The notes under the pieces are model-generated. The model searched no databases. It was not told where the DNA came from and worked only from the letters and a program-made list of their open reading frames with translations. The translations under genes were made by a program, and so were the position numbers. Positions 51,121 through 62,283 of a stretch of 64,000 nucleotides of DNA are shown here, piece by piece. The DNA lies in assembly GCA_047495785.1 (NCBI GenBank), contig JBLDXI010000031.1, positions 1,054,001-1,118,000 on the forward strand, written 5' to 3'. Each line of letters begins with the position of its first letter. The first letter of the stretch is position 1. This DNA is from Lepidodermella squamata. Its lineage: Eukaryota > Animalia > Gastrotricha.

Positions 51121-51674
51121 TCATCCAGAGCTGCTGGAAGCCGCTCGATCCTCCTGAATCAATCTGTTCTTCCAGGCATCCAGCTTGTCTTTTTCCATCT
51201 GTTTCTTCTCAGATTTCGACAGACTAGAATAAAACGGAAATTCCGCCTATGTTAACGAATATGGCGAAAAAGCTTACTAGGCCTTGGAGCAGCGACCTAG
51301 CTGAATGTCCAGCGGCTGCTCACGAGCCGGCCCAGCGCCCCAGTCTTCTTCTTCTCCTGCAGGTGAAGATGTAGGAGGCGGTAGAGCTGATTGGTAGACA
51401 ACACTTGAAACTTCATCTCGACTCGGGCATTGCGCCACATGCTGCTTGACGCTTCGGCCCGGCGCCTTCAGCCAAATGTGGCTTGTATCGAACGGGCAAC
51501 GTCCGATTTGATCCGGCTCATAATTCTATTAAAAAAATAATTAACATCGAGAGATTCGAAAATGGTTTTTTATCATACCTTTTTGCATCTGATCAAATGG
51601 TAGCTCAAAGAGCTGGCCTTCACTACGTGAGATGAATTTAACGGACATCTAACAAGCTCCTGTAGTGGGTTCAT
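51121..51674 (-). CDS. GTSF1: Gametocyte-specific factor 1 / Asterix (piRNA pathway), 148 aa; exons 51674-51579, 51525-51278, 51223-51121
   Basis: Two tandem CHHC fingers, CPLNSSH..HLIRC and CPFDTSH..HVAQC, then acidic EEEDW. Introns of 53 and 54 nt give an open frame to TGA. Absent from the ORF track. Confidence 0.85.
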
Positions 51675-51724
51675 TACGGTTTATAGACTCAGCGAACGAA
51701 AAAACTGAAATTATGACACTGGCG

Positions 51725-51884
51725 TGAAGTCACAAGCCAAATTTGGCTTCTGTGAAAACCACCGCTGTTATAGAATTGCCGCTTTGTGGGATAGTTGTTA
51801 TGGCTCATTGGAGTCGATTGGCACTAATTTTGCCAATACCCGACGCACCTGTCGCTCAGAAGCCAAATTTGGCTTGTGACTTCA
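51725..51884. mobile_element. 160-bp MITE-like foldback just upstream of the GTSF1 start codon
   Basis: 28-bp perfect inverted repeat tgaagtcacaagccaaatttggcttctg, itself containing the palindrome aagccaaatttggctt. Confidence 0.65.
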
Positions 51885-52629
51885 AGTTTTAGGGTGTCCA
51901 CAACACAATTTTCTTAGCTTTTGCGCTTATTATGTGGCTTCTCGTGCTCAGTTGACTGTTATGGGGGTTTTCGACCCTGCTGATTCTCGTGGCAGCGTCA
52001 GATTTCAGATTGGAAACTGTTATGACCCAGTTCGGGACACTTTTCATTGAAATAGGGTGTTTCAAGACATATTTTCGCAGCTTCTGTGCTTGGTACAGCT
52101 GTTATGTGTGCCAATTTTTCAGGAATTATTAATTCGACTATGCTGAATCTTGTTATGGTATTCATTTAGCTTCTTATTCATGAAAAAATTTGGCATAATT
52201 AATAATCCGTCGTAAAAGCCTGCTATACCGCCAATGACTGTCGCCAACTTGTATATAACCATCTAGGTACTTAATTGTTGATTATAACTATTTTACTATT
52301 GTTTTGACTTCCCGACAACGCCTCTCTGCACGATTTGTTTTTTTTACATGCACCTTTTTCCACGTAGAGCTCTCAACATTTGGATTATGCTCGATAAATA
52401 AATAAATAAATAAATAAATCCGCACCACCTGTATCTTCGTCTTCAAAAAATTTCATACCTCAGCAAACCTTAAAATCGGCATTTATTTTCAATTTCCAGA
52501 TGGGAGATATGATAGCTGAAGTACCTCGACTTAAAAATATGTTTGATTAAAAAATGGAACACGAATAAGAAAATTATAATTCGATTAATTTTTGTCTCGA
52601 ATTTGGAATCGCGATTTGGTAATCAATTT

Positions 52630-55600
52630 CTAGTCGACGACCAGGGCAAAAATGAGCATCTTTGGATGCCAAAGATCAAATCGGATGTCGGAGACTTCGA
52701 CACGGTCTTCTCTGACGAGGATTTTTCTCTTCTCGTTGGGCACGCAGACATCGACGCCCCTCTCGCCGGGTTTTAGGACTGACAAACGGGAGCTATCCTC
52801 TTCTTCAGCGATGACAGACGATAGGCGGTACCTGATTAATAAATGAAAAAATCCCATGAATTTGCGACCTATTAGCATTTAAGAGCTCTACCGAGTTGCT
52901 TGGAATCGGAGCATCATCGTTTCGGCCCGGAATACGTCGGGGATTGCGATCGGCAGCAATATGCCAATTGCTATAACCGGCACGGGAAGAGAACCGTCGC
53001 AAATGTGATTTGACTGCTGCTCTCTAGATCAAATAGATGATTAGGTTACATTTGACCAACTATTTCGAAATATTACCCGGTAGAATTCACACTACTCAGA
53101 AATAATCCGTCGAGTAAATCTTGAAGGGACTGTTCGGCGTCTTCTCGAAATCTAAAAAAAATCGGTGAAATTCAAGTGCGATACAATTTTGAAGGGTGCT
53201 ATATCAACAAACGGGTTGTTTTCCATGCTTTCGACTACCAACACTGGATTGTAAAAGCGGCTAATTCCACGGAGCAATCCGCAGTTTTGGCGCTGAAAGA
53301 TCGTTCGGCAAACTTCAACCAAAGACAATCTTTCCAGGTCGTAAACAACACAGCCGTCTCCTCGGATAGTGGCAACTTCAGGGAAAGTATGCTTCACATA
53401 CTCGGCCCTGTTCTTGTGAATATCCTGCAGCCGAGAGCCGCGATGAGCTCGCAGATAGTTCTTCAATGTACCATCGCATAGGCACTCTTTGGCGTCGAAT
53501 AAAGCCAACGCAATGCTATCTAAAGCAACAGTTGCTTTGGTCACAACTTGGAGGCTATCGCGACCGCCGTTATCCGGCCAAATGAAGGCTCCAGCACTGT
53601 CACTTGGATCGATGAAACGAGGCTCTGTTGTAGCCCAGATCAAAATATCATTCGGTTCAACAGGAGGTGGATTTTTTGTCTCAAACATCATTTGCTGCAG
53701 TCTTTCTCGAAAACTTTTATCGACTTCATTATCAGATTCGTCCGCAAATCTCGCAATCAAATTTTTGTTCAGGGCAGCGTGTTTGGCCTCGTGTTTCGTA
53801 AGCCAAGCTTTCTTTTTGTAAATCTTCCCGCATGTCTGACACATCAACTTCTCAGGTTCCGATGAGGGTTTGGATTTCACGATAATCTTGAATGATCGAC
53901 TGGCGTTGGGTGCGATTCGTACAGCAGAGGTGCCAGTGGCCACATTAGCGCTAACTTCGGGACTTTGAACGGGGGAAACTAGACCAGCTGAAAATAAATA
54001 TTTGGAAGATGCCTTGAGCGTTGAGATGACGATTACAGCAAGTAGTAAAAATACAATTGAAAGAAAAAAATTCAAGAGAATTCGATTGTCAGATTTCAAA
54101 TAATTTATCAAATTTTTCGTCTTGATCACCGACGATCAATTGAATATCAATTGGGTGATAAATCAAGAAAGACCTTAGGCTAGTGGCACCGGGAAAATAG
54201 TAACTTGAACAAACCTGAAGTAGTCGGATTCCCAGAATCGATTTTTGAATCGGAGTCAGAGTCGAGAAAATCCAAATTTATTTCTCCATACCGTGCCGCA
54301 TAGGAATTTTGCGAAATCAACTGCGCCGAGGAAGCTGCTGTTTCAACAACTTTTGATTTTGGGCAACAATAGAAAAGCAATTTCGCGAAGTAGGCTTTGT
54401 ATCCCTTAAGGACACCCGTTCCTCTGGGAACCCTAACCCAATTAGGCTGATTTTCCGAGTCGTGACGAAGGTCGTCGAGGAGATAAAGATCGCAAGGCGT
54501 GCCTTCCATAATTCTCAGCGAGACGTAATGCTTCGAAGCTCTACTAAATAGAACGCAAGCATGAAGCGAGTACCTATAAATAAATACGTTTAAGACTGAT
54601 CGCGTTATCTATTGAAGCTGAAAACCAACTCGAAGCCATTATGCTCCAACTTTGGAGGAGCATTGTCGATGAGATCAGCAAATGGAGGTTCGAAACCATT
54701 CATTACCTCAATGGCTAAGAAGGGAAACGGTTTTGAGGAATGTTCATGGGTATAAGGTCCTCCGGCGATGAAGTTAATTGTTCCAGCGGCTTCGCATTTC
54801 TCGCATCTGGTTGGCGTAGTAAGTTGGTTCAATTCATCCGCTAATCGACCCGACAGATTCAACAAGGTAAGTTCGGAGACTTTGCTGGGATCGGTACCCA
54901 CCCTAAGGATAGAAATACAGAATAAGTTTCACCGAGGAAAATTAAGGAACAGAACATACGTTGGAAAGTCGGTGATCATGACTGGGTTGTAAAGCCTGCT
55001 TCGAACTGGCTGATCACCACAGACTTCGCAGATTGCATAAAGGCTAGTCAGAAAACACCCATCCACTTGACACAAGCCATGCAACCAAGCTGGCGCCCCT
55101 CCGAAGCCATTCATCGTGAAATCATTTATGAATTCGTCATCATTCACCTTTTTGAGAGACTTGACTACATTCTGAGGGAAAACTTTTGACATCAACTCGA
55201 AGCGGGCGGTATTAGCCGATCGATAGCCAGCTGACTGTTCCATGACATTAGCTTCACGTAATCGCTTGAAAAAAGGCTGTAATTCTGATCCGCAGAAATT
55301 ATCCGGATCAACATGAGCGAGACAATTGACGATGCTGTCGAATGGACAGGTATTCCAGCAATAAAACTTATTACTCGAAACGGAACTAGGTGCTACGGGC
55401 ACCTCATAATACGAGCCTCCGTTTTGCGGAACATAAATTCCGCCGTCCAACTTTCCTTTTAGAGCAGCAATAGCAAGCCTTTCAGCTAGTGGAGGAACAG
55501 TTTTAATCCGGAAAGTTTCGGAAGCGATTTTCCATTCTTCGAATTCATCATCAGCAGGAGCATTCGAGCGAGAGGGATTCAGAGTTCCAGATGTAGTTGC

Positions 55601-57584
55601 AGCTTCTTCGAGCGACGTCGAAGCGAATTCAGCCAATCGAAGCGAATTCGAAGTCCCAGCCGGAACCGCTGCGGATCGGCTCAAATCCAACGGTTCCACT
55701 AGTAGCTGATCATCTGGTTTCGAAGCGATGATGAATCGATCGGCTTTCGAATTTCCAATGACTTCATCTTCTACTCTCCACGCATCCATTGACTCCCTGT
55801 AACTGGAAAACCGCGCAGCCAACTTTGAATACCTGGAACGAGCAGCCTGATTGCGCTTGATAGTTTTGATAGTTTGAGTAGCCTTCCGTGGCTTTCGAAG
55901 TCCTTTTCCGAATTCTTCCTCGACTCCATCCAAGTCGCGTTCTTTATTCGTAGTAGCTGTGGTTGCCACCGCTTCAGGCAAATCTACCTCAAGGAGGCGG
56001 CCTTCAACTTCTCGACGCAACTTGCGAACGACTTGGCAAGCGGTGTCATTTTTGCGACCGCTGAGATCACTATTCTTGACATCGTTCATGTTCCACTCCA
56101 CTAAACCATTGGTATAGTGACCTGGAGCTTCCGGAGCATTGCTGAAAAAAAACAATTCAATTTTTGAAAAAAAATTGGAAAATTTGAAGAATAATGGAAA
56201 AATGAAATCAAAGGCTTTTAATTCTCAATTCCTAAAACGTTATGTAATTTAAGAAATGTGTGGATTTTCGAAGAGGGCGTAGCCAAGCGTGACGTAGAGA
56301 GGGCGCAAACCCACCTGCGTGTAGTCGAAGATGCGATACTGCATAAAACAATCATATTATCGCTAAAATCGGAGAAAATTGCAATATCGCCAATTATCGA
56401 TCATCGATCATCAAAATCGATAGCACCTATTCCCACAACAATTTTATCGATGGAAATTACTAGAAAATCACACAGCCTTACATGCCGAATTTATGTTGAG
56501 GAGCTGAGGCCATTTCACATTTTTTGTCCGAGATTAAAGGAATTTCATGGTCTCACCCAAAATAACCAACAACTTACAAGCGCTTAACCGCTAGTCCGCG
56601 AACAAATACAGCCGACCAGCACGGGAACAGATGGATCAAATTTTTCAGCAGTGATGAGATGGCGAATTCGATGTAGTCTTCATTTCGCTCCGCGACGTCC
56701 TCGTTGAGATCAGCCTCCACCATTTCGATTTCGAGAACAGCGCCAGTATAAATTGCTCGAAACATTTTGTAGAATCCGCTTTGATCGTTATAGGTTGTGT
56801 GTTTCCTTTTTAGCCTCAATTCGTCTTTGTTGGCCACACTGTCAGGATCAGACCAGTTCAATTCGTAGTCCTCCACATTTTCTGGTGGCTCTGCTTCACC
56901 CGGAATTTCGGCAGGTCCAACAGGCGCAACGCTCATAGCCTCCTGTTTCGACTTGAGCGATTTGACGGCCTCGGAGCAAAGGGATGTTCGGAATTTTGAG
57001 CAAAAAACGATAACCATGAGCCTGAAAATATCTCGAGCCTCACTCATCTTGACGCAATATTGCATAGTCGCAAACGACGTTAGAAAGGCATTTTTCGTCG
57101 ATTTTTTGACAGCCTTACGACCTCGGCTAGCCAACATGTTGGAAAGAGCTTTCTGCAGATGAGACGAGCATAAAATGACCAGAACGAGCCCTGCTGGAAT
57201 GGTTTCAACCTCGTCACCGCCGTTGAGACATTCGAATAGCAAGTTCAGAAGCCTTTTGAGAGAGTAGTCGTTGAAGACCTTTGAGATGGCCTGCATGAGG
57301 CAATAAGAATGATCTACCACGACACCGTAAGGGGGAGGAAAAGACCCGACCCCACAGTTCGACCAATCATCCTTCCAAATAGCCAAAAGAAATTGGAAAA
57401 CAAGCGATCTTTGATCACTGCAGAACATATCGAGTAGGCGCAAGATTGAGGCACGAAGAGCTGGCGAAAAGGCTACAACACTTCCATAAAAAACTCGTTT
57501 GTTGTTGAAAATATCGTTTTTTACCGGCCCGGTAGAAGTATCGAAACCGAAAAGGTAAAAGCCTTTAAGGAGGATAGGGGCACA
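52630..57584 (-). CDS. NOF/MULE-type DDE transposase fused to a USP-like cysteine protease, a C2H2 finger and a degenerate second protease domain; 8 exons (57584-56578, 56141-54960, 54902-54630, 54573-54215, 53987-53213, 53151-53077, 53023-52892, 52831-52630), ~1335 codons, start not identified
   Basis: All seven GT-AG junctions keep one open frame. Transposase motifs: FDTSTG...KRVFYGSV, VVVDHSYCLMQAISKVF, CSSH, FPCWSA, TNGLVEW. Protease motifs: NTCPFDS, SKHYVS, LLDDL. C2H2 finger: CQTCGKIYKKKAWLTKHEAKH. Confidence 0.75.
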
Positions 57585-57633
57585 CTACAGCGGGTACACG
57601 AATTACGTGCTGTTTAAGCGTACACCATGATAC

Positions 57634-57640
57634 TATAAAA
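57634..57640 (+). promoter_or_regulatory. TATA box of the integrase gene
   Basis: TATAAAA 27 nt before the ATG. The same motif recurs before other genes of the module (60264, 62223, 62760; TATAAGA at 58800). Confidence 0.5.
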
Positions 57641-57666
57641 GACCTGTATTTCTCAGATGAATTAAA

Positions 57667-58830
57667 ATGCCTACTGTAGATGAGATTCACAAAGCTCTGT
57701 CTACTATCTATTACAAACCGACCAATCCAGCGTCCTTTCGTGGCGTTCAAGCTCTACATCGTCAATTAAAAGTCGAACCAGCTCAACCTAAACTATCCCT
57801 CTCTCAAGTTCGCCAATGGCTAGCCGATCAACGAGCTTGGTCGTTATACAAACAACCCTCGACTATCAATCGCCGTGTTTATTTCAAAGTCCAAGTTTAC
57901 TCCAAAAGCGAATGCTTCGCCGCCGACCTTGTCGATATCAGACGAGATGCCAGTTTCAATGACAATATGTGCTACATTTTAACGGTCAAGGACCTTTTTT
58001 CAAGATACTGCTTCGCTGAGGCAGTCACATCCAAGGAAGGCAGCGTAGTTTCCAGTGCATTCAAGCGCATCCTACAGTCAATAACAGCTCCCAACAAGCC
58101 ACCAGACGCCCTAAACACTGACGATGGCAAAGAATTTTGGAACTCTGAATTTGCTAAACTAACTAAGCGCTATAAAATCCACCACTATTCAACGAAGTCC
58201 TCACTAAAAGCCACGTCCATCGAGTCCTTCAACCGACTCCTGAGGATTAAAATCTCGCGTTACCAAATTGCTAACAACACACGGCGTTTCATTCATAACC
58301 TTCAAGATTTTATCAGTTCCTACAACAATTCGATTCATAAAAGCATCAAATACAGCCCTAGTGAGGTTTGGAACGCTCCAAAGGAGAGCCCGCTCCACTT
58401 CAAGGTGTTCCAAAATGTCTTCAAAGCTCATTTTGATGATTTATACGCTAAACTGGAAACGCGCTACAAACCAAAATTCAACGTAGGGGACATCGTTCGT
58501 ATTACATGTCATAGAGGAATATTTGCCCGAGAAAGAGATTTTCGCTGGACTGAAGAATATTTTCGAGTCAGTCATGTTGACACTACCTCAATTCCAGATG
58601 TATATCGAATTGAAACTTGGCAGAAACAACCCATTCTCGGTCGATTTTATTCACATGAACTACAGCGTATTAATCTTCCGAAAGAATTCCTCGTCGAACG
58701 AACCCTTAATCAGCGTCACCTACCTGACAAAAGCCCCGAAGTTTTGGTTAAATGGTTAGGGTGGCCTATAGATGATTCTACATGGGAACCGCTCGATAAT
58801 ATAAGAGGACTGGCAAAGTTCGACTCCTGA
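57667..58830 (+). CDS. Retroviral-like (rve) integrase with C-terminal chromodomain, Polinton type
   Basis: YYKPTNPASFRG; DDE triad ADLVD / TDDGKEF / IESFNR; YNNSIHKSIKYSP; PKFNVGDIVRI; WTEEYF; chromodomain VLVKWLGWPIDDSTWEP. Confidence 0.95.
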   Translation: MPTVDEIHKALSTIYYKPTNPASFRGVQALHRQLKVEPAQPKLSLSQVRQWLADQRAWSLYKQPSTINRRVYFKVQVYSKSECFAADLVDIRRDASFNDNMCYILTVKDLFSRYCFAEAVTSKEGSVVSSAFKRILQSITAPNKPPDALNTDDGKEFWNSEFAKLTKRYKIHHYSTKSSLKATSIESFNRLLRIKISRYQIANNTRRFIHNLQDFISSYNNSIHKSIKYSPSEVWNAPKESPLHFKVFQNVFKAHFDDLYAKLETRYKPKFNVGDIVRITCHRGIFARERDFRWTEEYFRVSHVDTTSIPDVYRIETWQKQPILGRFYSHELQRINLPKEFLVERTLNQRHLPDKSPEVLVKWLGWPIDDSTWEPLDNIRGLAKFDS

Positions 58831-58845
58831 AAATGAAATAGCAGT

Positions 58846-59064
58846 ATGCAATCTAATACTACAACGGCAGATTCTGACGAACAGCCAGCAACGTTCTCGC
58901 TTCTTCGTCATCCAGCCCGGATTTCTGTTCTGTCTGTCTTCACGAATACCCTCGGAGTCGCCTTCTTTGCCGTTGTACTCCTTCTCCTACTGCTAATTTA
59001 CCTTACGGAGCTTGTCGTCGGAGTTCTGTCACTCAACAAGGTAAACAATAGTACCATCGAATGA
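58846..59064 (+). CDS. Small membrane protein (72 aa) of the viral module
   Basis: Fills the gap between integrase and penton. Hydrophobic LGVAFFAVVLLLLLLIYL stretch; its stop overlaps the penton ATG (ATGA); TATAAGA ~40 nt upstream. Confidence 0.6.
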   Translation: MQSNTTTADSDEQPATFSLLRHPARISVLSVFTNTLGVAFFAVVLLLLLLIYLTELVVGVLSLNKVNNSTIE

Positions 59065-60254
59065 GCAACAACTCAGACTTTTTCCTCTACCTACCGAGTA
59101 CAGCAAGCTGCGATTTATTTACTGCCAATCAACCGGCAGATTTCACCGTTCAACTACCTAACCCCATTAGCTTAGATGATAGTCGAAACTACGAAGTTGC
59201 TCTTCTCGAGATAACAGCACCTCGGAAGTGGCTCGGTCTAGCCTCACATTCATTTTTTGTCCTTGACTTAACATGGCTCAGCTGTTTTAAAAGATCACCT
59301 TCGATTCCAGCCCACCTACTGGCCGCCAACCCGGACTGTTTTGAAAACGCTCTTCTGCTAAACATTAGCGATCCAACAAGTGATGTTGAACCTTTATTAA
59401 TCGAATGCGAGACTGGTATGCGATATTATTCCGGCTCAAAGGACCTGATTCAGCATATTTATCATTGCATTCCAAAGAAATTTCAATCGCTTATTACATT
59501 AACTACAACCGAACATTCACCGGCTCGCGTTACCATTGAGTTACAATGGCCGCTTGCTTTCTTCCTGCCGAAGGTTCTAGCTAATGTACTGGGCTTTCAA
59601 ATTGAATCAGATGGCCTAGCGCTCTATCCCAGCTTACCCATCTCCATGGATTCATCACTGCTTATCAACATGATTCCTAAAGCGTTCGGTTTGGCATTCG
59701 CCTGGAAATATAATAAAACAGCGCTCGACCGAACCTTCGTCAGTCGCATCAAGTCCTCGTCAAATAATTATGCACATGGATATCTACTCGGGAAGCTTCC
59801 CGATTTCGACGACGCTATTTTATCTGGAATCTCGGAGCCCTTTCAGCTCTACTTCGAAGAGTCGTTCCTTCCAGAACTCCCGACAAGAGAAAGCCCTCAA
59901 GCCTCCTCGATTTATATAGCAGAGTTCCATAAAATTACAGCTGATTTTCAGCCTATGTTAAACTACGGAATGACCAATTTATGGTGCTACTGCGATATCG
60001 TCTCTAATATCGTTGTTGGTAATGTTATTTCTAATCTCCTACGAATTGTTCCGTACTCTCCAAGCCAATCGAGTGACGAACTGGAAACTCATTTCACAGC
60101 ACATTTCACTCCGCCCATTTTCGTCCCGCTCGCCTCTAAGGACATCCGAACGATTCGCACCACTATCAGGCGTGACACCGGCGGACTCATTTCCTTCGAG
60201 GCTTCCAGCAAAGTTGTTCTGTTTTTACATATTCGCCGTAAAATTTGGGCTTGA
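59061..60254 (+). CDS. Minor capsid protein (penton, single jelly roll)
   Basis: N-terminal FFLYLPSTAS.DLF..NQPADFTVQLPNPISL...YEVALLEI and C-terminal LWCYCDIV...VGN...LLRIVP...FVPL...LHIRR, typical of Polinton minor capsids. Confidence 0.85.
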   Translation: MSNNSDFFLYLPSTASCDLFTANQPADFTVQLPNPISLDDSRNYEVALLEITAPRKWLGLASHSFFVLDLTWLSCFKRSPSIPAHLLAANPDCFENALLLNISDPTSDVEPLLIECETGMRYYSGSKDLIQHIYHCIPKKFQSLITLTTTEHSPARVTIELQWPLAFFLPKVLANVLGFQIESDGLALYPSLPISMDSSLLINMIPKAFGLAFAWKYNKTALDRTFVSRIKSSSNNYAHGYLLGKLPDFDDAILSGISEPFQLYFEESFLPELPTRESPQASSIYIAEFHKITADFQPMLNYGMTNLWCYCDIVSNIVVGNVISNLLRIVPYSPSQSSDELETHFTAHFTPPIFVPLASKDIRTIRTTIRRDTGGLISFEASSKVVLFLHIRRKIWA

Positions 60255-60305
60255 ATAAAACAATATAAAAGGCACGCGGGTTTTTTTACAATTTAGTCTT
60301 TTATT

Positions 60306-60809
60306 ATGACTTCAGGCATAGTTCACTCACCGTCTACTGTTGATTTTTACGAAAAAATCCTTCTCCGCCAACATAAAAATCAAAGTGGCTCCGGTGCAGA
60401 CCAGCTTTCAAACTACTTCAAAGGCCAACTTATCCAATTTCCTGTAAGACAAAGAGGAAGTGGAATTGGTGGTATAATTTCTTCTTGGTTTCGTCGTGTT
60501 TTACCCATCGTCGGACCGCTAATCTTCAAGAACGTGCTACAAACCGGCTCAGAGATTTACAACGATTTGGCAAATAAAGATACCACAAACAGCAGTTCCT
60601 TAACACCTGCTCAAATTTTCAAAAATCACGGAGCCAAAGGTTTACTAAATTTAACTCGCGACGTCGTTTCTCGTGCCGAGCAAGAAATTCAACAACGAGG
60701 TAGTGGCAAGAAGAGAACACGCACGGTTAAGAGCGACGGTAAACGCAAACCCGCTCAACAACAGCATAAGAGGCGAAAAAAACAGCCGTCTTCTCCATTA
60801 CTTTTCTAA
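60306..60809 (+). CDS. Polinton virion core protein (pVI/pVII-like: amphipathic helix and basic tail, protease-processed)
   Basis: QSGSG and two QRGSG motifs, amphipathic IGGIISSWFRRVLPIV, and an Arg/Lys-rich C-terminus. Confidence 0.75.
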   Translation: MTSGIVHSPSTVDFYEKILLRQHKNQSGSGADQLSNYFKGQLIQFPVRQRGSGIGGIISSWFRRVLPIVGPLIFKNVLQTGSEIYNDLANKDTTNSSSLTPAQIFKNHGAKGLLNLTRDVVSRAEQEIQQRGSGKKRTRTVKSDGKRKPAQQQHKRRKKQPSSPLLF

Positions 60810-60820
60810 CTACACTGAAC

Positions 60821-62283
60821 ATGATCAGCGAAGACTTAGATCTATTTTCACAGCTGCCAAACTCCAATGCTATCGAATCACAGCAAAGAGTTGAAATATT
60901 TTCCAGTACCAGTCTAACTAATCAAAGTCATGTTATCGATTTCGTCATTCCGCCTGTTACGGCATTTGTTGATATGGCTCGGACCTACCTTAGTCTTACC
61001 TGGCGAGTTGTGCGTGAATCTACCAACCCAACCAATCGCACAAATATTCAATGGGCTCCAATTGCCAACATTCACCACTCGATGATTCGCTGTGTTGAAA
61101 TCTACCTTAACGGTACACTAGTTTCAGACCAATCGCCACTTTATGCCTACCGGAGGTAATAATAAAAAACGGCAGAAAAAATTAACTCAGCAATGATTTT
61201 CTTTTAGCTACATCACCAACTGTCTCTCATATGACGATGGCGACAAGGAAGGCGCGCTTTCTCTCGAAGGCTTCTTCGAAGATACTCCAGGTAAAATGGA
61301 TCAGTTCAACGATGAGAATATCGGCTGGAAAAATCGACTCGATCTCGTACAGGGAAGCAAATGGGTTACTACTGTTGCTCGCCTCAACACCGAGATTTGC
61401 TTTCAAACTCGCCTGCTATTGCCCCTGACTGAGATCAGAGTCAAATTAATTCGCAACTCCGATGATTTTTGCTTAATTGGTCCTCCTAACTACACTGTAA
61501 CAGTTGGTACGGATACTACCGAACATCGAGCGGATCCTCATCATATCGAAATTCGCGAAGCGAAGCTGATTACACGTCTAGTACACATTTCCCCTGAGCT
61601 CATGTTGGCTACGACAAGAGCACTAGAGCGCGAAAATGCCCGGTACAACGTGACTAAGCTTTCGGCAAGCATCTATCACATTCCGAACTCTATCCAGACG
61701 CACACACTGCATAACTGCATAATCGGTTCCATGCCAACCAAACTTTTTCTTGTGCTCATAAAGGTAATACTTTGCTATTTATCAAAAATAGTAATTATTA
61801 TTATTATTAGGATTCACAACTGAATGGCGAAACGAATCCGTTCGACTTCATAGACCATGGCCTCAGTCGTGTAACAATGTTCGTCGACTCGGAAAAGATC
61901 TATCAGACGCCCCTCGAATTTTCGTTCACTGACGGGACCTACATGAAGGCATATCGCGAAACCCTTCTTGCACTATCGCCTAACAAACCTACTCGATGCC
62001 GAAACTTTACGCCTAAAAAGTTCAAGAATGGATTTTGCATTCTTTGCTTTGATCTATCGAGAGATGGTAATATAAGTGGCACGAGCATTCGTCGCTCCGG
62101 CACCCTAAGAGTCGAGCTCAGCTTTAACTCAGCCACTACATCTGTTCTTCACCTATTACTACTAGCTGAAAGAGATGCTGTAATCGAGGTCTGCTTTTTT
62201 CCGATGGATCGTTTATTGTTTCTATAAAAAACTCGACTCCCCTTCAGATTACAAAAGCGCGAGAAGTTCTCTACGAATCATGA
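60821..62283 (+). CDS. Major capsid protein (double jelly roll), 434 aa; exons 60821-61155, 61208-61763, 61811-62188, 62248-62283
   Basis: Splicing restores LYAYRSYITNCLSY...FFEDTPGKMD, LIKDSQLNGETNPFDF and AVIEITKAREVLYES*. Also PIANIHHSMI, FCILCFDLS and GTLRVELSF. Confidence 0.9.

Noticed and set aside
50180-52418. (GAT)n and (TAAA)n microsatellites
   Set aside because: Ordinary short simple repeats.
57585-57666. Polinton left TIR, or a start exon for the transposase
   Set aside because: No recognisable terminus or TSD. An ATG plus 41-nt intron model (ATG|gtgtac...ctgtag) fits the frame but is shorter than other introns here and unsupported, so the start is left open.
57667-58830. LTR retrotransposon or Ginger integrase
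   Set aside because: No RT, RNase H or LTRs; it is linked to capsid, protease and ATPase genes, which indicates a Polinton.
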